DNA of 32,000 nt. Origin: Candidatus Arthromitus sp. SFB-mouse-Japan. Lineage in GTDB: Bacteria; Bacillota; Clostridia; Clostridiales; Clostridiaceae. Numbering within the stretch: the stretch's first letter is position 1; each line of letters begins with the position of its first letter. The notes beneath the pieces were generated by a model. The model was given only the letters and a program-made list of their open reading frames with translations, had not been told where the DNA came from and searched no databases. Of this stretch, positions 8,362 through 15,578 are shown one piece after another. The translations under genes were made by a program, and so were the position numbers. Location of the stretch: assembly GCF_000270205.1 (NCBI RefSeq), contig NC_015913.1, positions 1,140,001-1,172,000 of the forward strand, given 5' to 3'.

Positions 8362-8886
8362 ATGAGTAATTCAAACAAAAAAAATAATAAAAAAGAGGTT
8401 GCTAAAAAAGCTGTAGCTCTTGGTGCTGCTCTTGGTGTTGTTGCTGGTATCGGTGCTACTATGGCTGGAGGGGCTGAAGAGGCTCACGCTGCTAGAAGAC
8501 CTTCTCAATCAACTTCTTCTACAACTAATGCTGAGCAAAACACAACTACTTCAACTAAAAGACCAGCTTCTAATGCTTCTTCTACAACTTCATCAGGTAC
8601 TTCTAGAAGTGCTAGAAGTGCTGGAAACAGAAAAGTTTCTGGTAAGGTAGCTGATGCTAAAACTACAGTAAATGAAAATGAAACTAATACAAGTGGCGGT
8701 AGAACTTCTGGAAGAAATACAACAACTAACAAAAAAGAGGAAACTAAAAAGACTACATCTCACTCATCTGTAAGTGCTAAAAAATCTAAATCTAAAGCTC
8801 AACAAAATAAAGATATGGCGTCAAGGTCTTCAGGCACTGAAAAAACAAATAAAGTTGTTGTTAGTGTTTCAACTGCTAGAAAATAA
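8362..8886 (+). CDS. Small anchored/secreted disordered protein, family member 3 (174 aa, protein identical to member 2)
   Basis: Translation is identical to 7657-8181. The two shadow ORFs in the other frames are also identical between copies, which implies nucleotide identity. Confidence 0.75.
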   Translation: MSNSNKKNNKKEVAKKAVALGAALGVVAGIGATMAGGAEEAHAARRPSQSTSSTTNAEQNTTTSTKRPASNASSTTSSGTSRSARSAGNRKVSGKVADAKTTVNENETNTSGGRTSGRNTTTNKKEETKKTTSHSSVSAKKSKSKAQQNKDMASRSSGTEKTNKVVVSVSTARK

Positions 8887-8898
8887 TTTTAATATAAC

Positions 8899-8922
8899 AA
8901 GGACACTGCGAAGTGTCCTTTT
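8899..8922 (+). terminator. Probable terminator after family member 3
   Basis: AAGGACACT gcga AGTGTCCTT hairpin with a short T4 tail. Confidence 0.5.
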
Positions 8923-8967
8923 AACATAATTAAATGGAATTTTGGAATTAACATGGAGGTGTACTAA

Positions 8968-9549
8968 ATGTCTAAGCAGAAAAACAAAAAAGATATTGCT
9001 AAAAAAGCTGTAGCTCTTGGTGCTGCTCTTGGTGTTGTTGCTGGTATCGGTGCTAATATGGCCGGAGGAGCTGAAGAAGCTCACGCGACTACTAGAAGAC
9101 CTTCTCAAACTAGATCAACTAAAAGTCAATCTAGCTCAACTTCTACATCTAAAAGACCAACTTCAAATGCTAAAACTACTGTAAAACAAGAGAATAGTGG
9201 AACAAATGAAAATACAAGAAACTCAAGAACAAACTCATCAGAAGAAAAACAAGAATCTACAAAAACAACAAGAAGAGGTAGGGGAGATAGCTCTACTGAA
9301 AGAAGAAAGAGCCAAGCTAAAGTTATGTCAAATTCTAATGTTGAAAGCGAAGAAGTAGACATAGATAATGAAGAAACAACTGAAGAGACTACAACATCTA
9401 AAAGACCAACTACAAACACAAGTAAATCATATAGAAGTATAAATGAGAAAAAACAAAAATCAAGAGCACTCGTTGAACAAAATAGATCTACTACATCAAC
9501 AGATAGTACTTCACAAAATAAAATTGTTGTTAGAGTATCTACAAAATAA
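8968..9549 (+). CDS. Small anchored/secreted disordered protein, family member 4 (193 aa)
   Basis: GGAGGTG RBS. N-terminus MSKQKNKKDIAKKAVALGAALGVVAGIGANMAGGAEEAHA. The 60 nt at 8996-9055 are identical to 7694-7753 and 8399-8458. The body is divergent, with three (K/R)RP(S/T)xx motifs. C-terminal KIVVRVSTK. Confidence 0.75.
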   Translation: MSKQKNKKDIAKKAVALGAALGVVAGIGANMAGGAEEAHATTRRPSQTRSTKSQSSSTSTSKRPTSNAKTTVKQENSGTNENTRNSRTNSSEEKQESTKTTRRGRGDSSTERRKSQAKVMSNSNVESEEVDIDNEETTEETTTSKRPTTNTSKSYRSINEKKQKSRALVEQNRSTTSTDSTSQNKIVVRVSTK

Positions 9550-9560
9550 TAACTCTTTAG

Positions 9561-9595
9561 AAACAGCAAGATTTTAACTTGCTGTTTATTTTTTT
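9561..9595 (+). terminator. Rho-independent terminator after family member 4
   Basis: AAACAGCAAG (9561-9570) pairs with CTTGCTGTTT (9578-9587), followed by a T-run. Confidence 0.7.
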
Positions 9596-9596
9596 G

Positions 9597-9632
9597 CAAA
9601 AAAATAAAATGGAGAGGAAATTAACCCTCTCC
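9597..9632 (-). terminator. Rho-independent terminator of the 1432-aa protein gene
   Basis: Minus strand: GGAGAGG, loop, CCTCTCC (9632-9611), then ATTTTATTTTTT. Confidence 0.6.
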
Positions 9633-9638
9633 AAAAAA

Positions 9639-12600
9639 TTAATATTTTAATCCCATTCCAACTACCATCTTCATAAACTCTTCTTCATTAATCATTCTAT
9701 CTACAATATATTTCTTTGCATTAAATACATCACCATTTGCATTATTAAGTGCCTCATTGTTGTAGAAGTTTATCCAGAAATTTAATCCTTCTGCATCTGG
9801 ATCTCTATCCACAACTATAGAATAAAGTATCTCAATTAATTTTTCTGTTGTATATTCAAGTTCTGAAAACTCCTTTTCAGCAAATAGTAAATTAATTAGA
9901 AAATCCCTTGCCCCAATATCATGGGTATTTAATCGATTAATCCAATAATCATAACCAACCTCGTCTGGATCTCTTAAAAATGCTCTTCCATAAACATTAT
10001 ATAAGAATGCTTGCCTAGGATTTTCTGCCTCTAAAGTTATATTTTGTATATTAAATGTAATTTCTTTTCCGGTTTCTATTATAATCTTAATTTCTATTGA
10101 AGGATATTCTTTCCCTGGTACAAGTCCCATAACTCCAATATTTCCATTATCATCAATTTGAGCAGATATTCCTTCGATATCACATGATATATTCATCTCT
10201 TTTGTCAAACTAATATCCCCCAAATCTGGAACAGAAAATGCGAATTGATTGCCTTTACCATTAAACTCTTCAATTTCAACAGGATGTTCAAAGATAGTTT
10301 CTTCTACTGGTTTGGTATGAACAATTTTATCTACAGAGAATTTTGTCTTTCCTCCTCCTATTGTAAATTTCTCACTAACAGGCTCTATCATAACGCTATA
10401 ATCCATATTTTCACTTACAAAATTATCTAAATTAAAACTTGTAACCGATATTATATCCGTTTCAATAGTATGAATTTTTACATACTCGCTACTAGTTGTA
10501 GTATTAGATTCTTTTTTCTTATCTGTTTCCTCTGTATTATCCTCACTATCTTCTGGCTTTTTAGTTCCTTTTAAATAAATATTTAATTTATCGCCTTCTG
10601 AAAATTTCGTGTCTAATCCATAAGACCATTTAAGATCAAATGTACTCTTTTTTACCCCTTCTTCTTCTTTTTCACCCTCCTCAACGGTAGCTTTAATACC
10701 TCGATACTCTAATTCAAAATCTATAAAATAAACTTCATTAAAATATCCATGAGGATTATAAGAAATCAACAAGTCGTAATCTTCTGTATAATCTGGAATT
10801 TTACATTCAAAATCAAAAATATCATAGCTAGAAGCACTTGCAATAATTTTATCACTATATTGTTTGTGTTCTGGAAGTTTATAAAACACATCTACATATG
10901 TTTCTAAATACTTAATTACTTCCATATCATTAACAAGATCACTCTTTATTCTTAAAGTATTTCCATTCCTAGAATCTATCCTACAATTCTTAATTTCCAA
11001 TTTTTTTGATCTAAAATCTATAGTTGTATCTGCAATATCATTCGCTTTCGTCTTATAAGTAAGAAGAACATCATACTCTATATCCGGTAAAATCGGAAGT
11101 ATATTAAATTTAGTCAGGTCTTCTAATTTATTCCCTCCATCATGATATGTTATTATATTAGGCTCTTTAGGATAATTTTTTTCACTTTTATGTTTAGTAT
11201 ATATTTCCAATGAATCCCCATCAGAAAATATATAATCTTTTGGATGATGAATATCTACAATAGCATAATACTCAGTTACATCACCTATATTTAGAGACGA
11301 ATTTGCAGAAATTGTTTTAAACTCCAAAGTCTTTTCAAATTTTACATTACTTATTGTATAAACAAGTTTAGCTGTATAATCCATATCCATATAAGTTACA
11401 ATTCCTTCACCTTTCAACACACCACTAACTTCAGATCCAATTCTTGAAAAAGAAGACCCAGCAGGATATCCATTGATAATTTTTCTCTTAATATAAATCT
11501 CAACTTTATCTTTTTCATCAAAGTTTATAAATTCTTCAGATACTTTCCATTCAAAACTAGCACTATTAGGTCTAATCGCTGTTGTTTTAAATTCATCTAT
11601 AGTAAATTGGTTAGTCTTTTGATTTTCAAATTTCTTTTCCAAAGTTTTTATTCCATCTCCATTTGTAGAACTCTCTCTCGTCTTAATATTCCTTGTAACT
11701 AAATTTTGTGTTTCTTCTGTTCCTTCTTCTTCCTCAGATGAATCTCCACTATCTACATCTTCTGATGTCTCACCATCTCCGCTACCTTCAACAGTTTCAC
11801 CAGATCCATTACCACTACCTGATTCACTATTATCTTCTCCTCCAGTACCAGTTCCATTATCTCCTCCCTCAGATGAACCTGTATCACCTTCGCCAGATCC
11901 TTCAGTACCAGTTCCACCATCTTCTCCTTCAGATGAAATAGTATCTTTATCTTTTAGCTCATTCTTTGTCTTAAACTCAATTTTAAAATCATATTCTTTA
12001 TCTGGAACCAAGTACCCAATAATTACCTCGTTTAAACTCAACAAATTAACTGGATTATCTCCACTATTACTATGAATATATTCTTTATCTGGATCAGTAG
12101 AAAAAGTCTTACTAGTTCCATTCCTAAGTTTCTTAAATAACCTTATACTGTCTCCTTCTTCAAACTTAAAATTTTCTGAATATTCCAATTGAAATATAAC
12201 TTCATTTACTTTCTTATCTTTAATTGAAATTTTCACTGTATCACTAGTGCTAGTATTTGATCCACTGCCTTCTCCACCCTCTGAATCTGTTGAATCTTCT
12301 TGCGAATTATCACTTGCACTATCTGATTCACCTTCTTTAATCAATTGGTATCTAACAAATGAATTATTAGTCAAATCACTATAACTTACATATTCTCTGC
12401 CATCAATGTAATAGACAAATTTGAAATCATATTCCTTACTTATATCTCTTCCTAAAGTCAAAATACATGATCTTAACTTATTTAAATCTCTATTTGCATA
12501 AAATTGTGGCTCATTTGGATATTCTGAACTCTCTTTTTCCTTGATAAAAATCTTAAAAGAATCATCATTTCTGAAATTAAAATTAGGTGCTATCAATTCC

Positions 12601-13937
12601 CATGTAAATTTCACATTTACATTATTATCACTATCCACTATAGGTTCAACATAAATATCCTTTATACTAAATGGAAGAGTCATAAAACTTTCACTTTTAA
12701 TCGCCAAAGATCTCCCATCTGAATATTCAATTTCATAATCAATATTGTATTTTGTATTTGCTTTCAAATCTTTGTACTCAAACACATATTTATCTATTTT
12801 TGAAAAATTCATTAAATCCTTAGAAAAAACTTTTTTCCTAGACAATTTATCATTCTGCTCTTCAATATAAATATTTAGCTTATCTTCAAATTTAAAATTT
12901 ACATCATTTATAAAACTAAATTGGATCAATAAATCTTTCAAATTAATTACGCTTACATCTGTATATAAAGTAAAAAAATCATTAATCTGTCTTATTTCTC
13001 TCTCAATTGTTCTTCCTCCGAACATATACAAGAGCTTTATATCGTATAGCTCAGATAATTCTTTCAATTCGACCAAACTTAATTTAGCTTCCTCATCAGT
13101 TATCTTAACATCGGGGATAATCGAATAATTTATATCATTTTTTCCCTTAATATAAATATTAATTGAATCATTATCAATAAATTTAAAATCATTTGATGTA
13201 GTATCCCATTTTACTTCAATCAAATTGTTGTTAATCATCATTGAACTCATATTTGAGATATCAAAATCTTTGCTCCTTATAACCTTATCAAATACTAAAC
13301 TAACATTATCCTTTAAATTAATGACATATCTAACATCGTATGTGGTAGCTGGGTGTAATGAAATATCTTTGAATTTAAAAATATTTCGAAGATTGTTTAT
13401 TTCCTTATTTGATTTCTTAATATGAAAATCAAATTTTCCTTTCTCATCATTTTCCAATCTTTTACCATAAATTTCAATTCCATCTATAAAAATTAAATTC
13501 TTTCTATCATACCTAAATATAACATCGCAAGAATTAATTCCAATATCATGAACTCCAAAACTATTTTCCAAATATTTAAACTTCGATATTTGACTAGTTA
13601 TTTCATGTGATGATATATCAATTAGTGAAACTTTTAATTCGTACCCAACATTATTTTGCAATTCATCATATATAAAAAATTGTTTATCAATTTTATTAAT
13701 TTTAACCTCATCTCCAGAGATCAAATTTTTCAAACTCACATTATCTATTTCATATCTATCATTACCCGATACAATTTGCAAAAAATTTCCACCATTAACT
13801 ATGTAAATAGGAACACCTATATTATCTGATGCATAACTCAGTTTAACACTTAAATTAAAACAGGACATCATAAATAAAAAAACGAACAATCCAAAATATA
13901 TCATAAATTTCATTGTTGTCTTAAATAAATTATTCAC
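9639..13937 (-). CDS. Giant secreted multi-repeat (Fn3/Ig-like beta-sandwich) protein with acidic G/S/E/D linkers and C-terminal tandem DUF4214-type repeats
   Basis: GTG start preceded by GGTGGGGGG. Signal-like MKFMIYFGLFVFLFMMSCF...SYA. At least 7 repeats share the pattern xF(K/N/I)Fxx(D/E)Dx(L/I)x(I/L)(Y/F)(I/T/L)K ... YD(I/F/V)K(L/F)xY. Acidic low-complexity linkers at about 12230-12320 and 11705-11945. C-terminal NVYGRAFLRDPDEVGYDYWINRL and ILYSIVVDRDPDAEGLNFWINFY. Confidence 0.85.
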   Translation of the reverse strand: MNNLFKTTMKFMIYFGLFVFLFMMSCFNLSVKLSYASDNIGVPIYIVNGGNFLQIVSGNDRYEIDNVSLKNLISGDEVKINKIDKQFFIYDELQNNVGYELKVSLIDISSHEITSQISKFKYLENSFGVHDIGINSCDVIFRYDRKNLIFIDGIEIYGKRLENDEKGKFDFHIKKSNKEINNLRNIFKFKDISLHPATTYDVRYVINLKDNVSLVFDKVIRSKDFDISNMSSMMINNNLIEVKWDTTSNDFKFIDNDSINIYIKGKNDINYSIIPDVKITDEEAKLSLVELKELSELYDIKLLYMFGGRTIEREIRQINDFFTLYTDVSVINLKDLLIQFSFINDVNFKFEDKLNIYIEEQNDKLSRKKVFSKDLMNFSKIDKYVFEYKDLKANTKYNIDYEIEYSDGRSLAIKSESFMTLPFSIKDIYVEPIVDSDNNVNVKFTWELIAPNFNFRNDDSFKIFIKEKESSEYPNEPQFYANRDLNKLRSCILTLGRDISKEYDFKFVYYIDGREYVSYSDLTNNSFVRYQLIKEGESDSASDNSQEDSTDSEGGEGSGSNTSTSDTVKISIKDKKVNEVIFQLEYSENFKFEEGDSIRLFKKLRNGTSKTFSTDPDKEYIHSNSGDNPVNLLSLNEVIIGYLVPDKEYDFKIEFKTKNELKDKDTISSEGEDGGTGTEGSGEGDTGSSEGGDNGTGTGGEDNSESGSGNGSGETVEGSGDGETSEDVDSGDSSEEEEGTEETQNLVTRNIKTRESSTNGDGIKTLEKKFENQKTNQFTIDEFKTTAIRPNSASFEWKVSEEFINFDEKDKVEIYIKRKIINGYPAGSSFSRIGSEVSGVLKGEGIVTYMDMDYTAKLVYTISNVKFEKTLEFKTISANSSLNIGDVTEYYAIVDIHHPKDYIFSDGDSLEIYTKHKSEKNYPKEPNIITYHDGGNKLEDLTKFNILPILPDIEYDVLLTYKTKANDIADTTIDFRSKKLEIKNCRIDSRNGNTLRIKSDLVNDMEVIKYLETYVDVFYKLPEHKQYSDKIIASASSYDIFDFECKIPDYTEDYDLLISYNPHGYFNEVYFIDFELEYRGIKATVEEGEKEEEGVKKSTFDLKWSYGLDTKFSEGDKLNIYLKGTKKPEDSEDNTEETDKKKESNTTTSSEYVKIHTIETDIISVTSFNLDNFVSENMDYSVMIEPVSEKFTIGGGKTKFSVDKIVHTKPVEETIFEHPVEIEEFNGKGNQFAFSVPDLGDISLTKEMNISCDIEGISAQIDDNGNIGVMGLVPGKEYPSIEIKIIIETGKEITFNIQNITLEAENPRQAFLYNVYGRAFLRDPDEVGYDYWINRLNTHDIGARDFLINLLFAEKEFSELEYTTEKLIEILYSIVVDRDPDAEGLNFWINFYNNEALNNANGDVFNAKKYIVDRMINEEEFMKMVVGMGLKY

Positions 13938-14016
13938 CCAAATTAACCCCCCACCGAATTTATTAAAACCATAGATATTAGTTTTAAAAATTTTTTAATA
14001 ATTTATTCATATTAAC

Positions 14017-14053
14017 AAAAAAGAGATCCTTAAACCAAATGGCTAAAGATCCC
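14017..14053 (-). terminator. Probable terminator after the solute-binding protein gene
   Basis: Minus strand: GGGATCTTT (14053-14045) pairs with AAGGATCTC (14031-14023), including 2 G-U pairs, then T6. Confidence 0.45.
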
Positions 14054-14067
14054 TGTCAATATTAATT

Positions 14068-15525
14068 TTATGTTATATTATTTATTACAATTGTTCCATT
14101 ACCATCAATGTTATCGCTCAAAGTTATATTTGATAATATCAAATTCGGCTTATCAAAATTTATACTCTTTACATCTGATACGATATCTTCCTTAGAAATT
14201 AAAATATCATAGCTATCTTCAGTTAAATTATTTTTTATATATTCATCATCAAATGCAATAACATTGCTTGACAAATTAAACTCCTCATACAAAAAGTTTT
14301 TCAAACTCCTAGCAAGCTCTATATAATTATCATCAGAATACGTAACTATTTTTAAAGTCGTCTTCTCTTCAAAATTATATTTCTCAAGTTCCTTCCTCAA
14401 ATACTCAACATTAAATTTATATTTATTTAAACTATCTCCATTAATTCCATTTATGTGTCTTATATCCTTAACATCAACTATAAAATTCAAGAAATTTCCT
14501 TTTTCAATCTTCTCTTCCTCATTTTTAATTACATTGCCATCTTCATCTTTTTGCTCATCTTCAATATTTTTTGATACCTCTGCTATACTTTCATCACTTA
14601 TATATTTATCCAAATCAAAAATCATTTTAGAATCCTCATTATGTACATAATAAATTTGGTCAGAATCAAAATAATCAGAAATAGAATTGTACGCCGTATC
14701 AAGTACAAAATTCAGTTTACCAGATTTATAAGATTCAAGTGCAAACTCTCGAGTTGGAAACGCTTCAATTACTACATCTTTATCTCTTGAAATAGAATAC
14801 AATTTTCCATCCGATGTCTTGTAATTATTTAAATAATAATATTCATTCGGACTTAAGACTATTTTTAAATTCCCATTATGATCATTCTTAACAGAGGATA
14901 TCTTATACGCACCTGAATAAGATATGTACTCATAGAAATCTTTATAATTATACAAATATTTAAAATTTTCCCTCAAAGAAAATTTATCCTTTGTTAAATT
15001 TTTCAAAAATAATTCATCCATCTGTTTAAGCTTAATAACAAGAACATTATCTTTTAAAGACTCAATTCCAACATGCTCAAAAAGTATTTCACCTTTATAG
15101 TATTCATCCACGCCAACAATAAATTTTAATTCATCATAATAAAATTTATCTTTATCCTTATCTAAAATATCCTTAAAGAAATTCAAAAAATCCTGTGATG
15201 TTATTTGCTTACCCGTACTCATATAAGCATCATTTCTTATATAAAATCTATACTCAAGTCCATCACTAGAAATTGTATATCTCTCTGCAAGTCCAGATGA
15301 AATATCCCCATCGGGTGTAAGATTCACAAGCCCCTCAAATAAATTCCCAAGCATAACATTACTCACATAATTATTATCAGATAGATATACTAAATTTTCA
15401 GGAAGATTAACAACTCCAATAGATAAACCTGTCTTATCTAATATTAAATCTTTCTTCTGAAAAACATTAAACGCTAAATTAAAAATCAAAAAAACTATTA
15501 ACAAAATTACTTTTATTATCCTCAT
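14068..15525 (-). CDS. Extracellular solute-binding protein, family 5 (Opp/Dpp-type), orphan
   Basis: The N-terminal region LFEGLVNLTPDGDISSGLAERYTISSDGLEYRFYIRNDAYMSTGKQITSQDFLNFF matches the hallmark family-5 SBP pattern. It has an N-terminal hydrophobic anchor and no lipobox Cys. No permease or ATPase genes are nearby. Confidence 0.75.
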   Translation of the reverse strand: MRIIKVILLIVFLIFNLAFNVFQKKDLILDKTGLSIGVVNLPENLVYLSDNNYVSNVMLGNLFEGLVNLTPDGDISSGLAERYTISSDGLEYRFYIRNDAYMSTGKQITSQDFLNFFKDILDKDKDKFYYDELKFIVGVDEYYKGEILFEHVGIESLKDNVLVIKLKQMDELFLKNLTKDKFSLRENFKYLYNYKDFYEYISYSGAYKISSVKNDHNGNLKIVLSPNEYYYLNNYKTSDGKLYSISRDKDVVIEAFPTREFALESYKSGKLNFVLDTAYNSISDYFDSDQIYYVHNEDSKMIFDLDKYISDESIAEVSKNIEDEQKDEDGNVIKNEEEKIEKGNFLNFIVDVKDIRHINGINGDSLNKYKFNVEYLRKELEKYNFEEKTTLKIVTYSDDNYIELARSLKNFLYEEFNLSSNVIAFDDEYIKNNLTEDSYDILISKEDIVSDVKSINFDKPNLILSNITLSDNIDGNGTIVINNIT

Positions 15526-15578
15526 AAAACACCCACTAAAACTTTAAGATATATAAGGATAATTCCATATTTCAAATT

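Larger units (their letters stand above)
7451..8898 (+). repeat. Tandem direct duplication, 705-bp unit (about two copies)
   Basis: From 7488 to about 8193, the sequence matches 8193 to about 8898 at a constant +705 offset. This covers terminator, leader, RBS and full CDS. The only differences I found by eye are 7527-7528 (tc) versus 8232-8233 (ca). The left edge (7451-7487) matches with a 1-nt indel. Confidence 0.9.

Noticed and set aside
7451-8898. Repeat region as a CRISPR array or mobile element
   Set aside because: The unit is 705 bp and is a complete protein-coding cassette. There is no short repeat-spacer periodicity, and no inverted terminal repeats or transposase.
8869-9599. Minus-strand ORFs of 79 aa (8869-9108) and 157 aa (9126-9599)
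   Set aside because: They are antisense to family member 4 and span its terminator and intergenic hairpins. Their composition is the mirror image of the sense gene, and no start context is present.
11708-11941. 77-aa plus-strand ORF
   Set aside because: It is antisense to the acidic G/S/E/D linker of the giant protein. The open frame is an artefact of the biased codons.
15526-15578. Possible terminator or regulatory element between ligA and the solute-binding protein gene
   Set aside because: No stem-loop or T-tract is visible in the 53-bp gap. It is treated as an ordinary intercistronic spacer.
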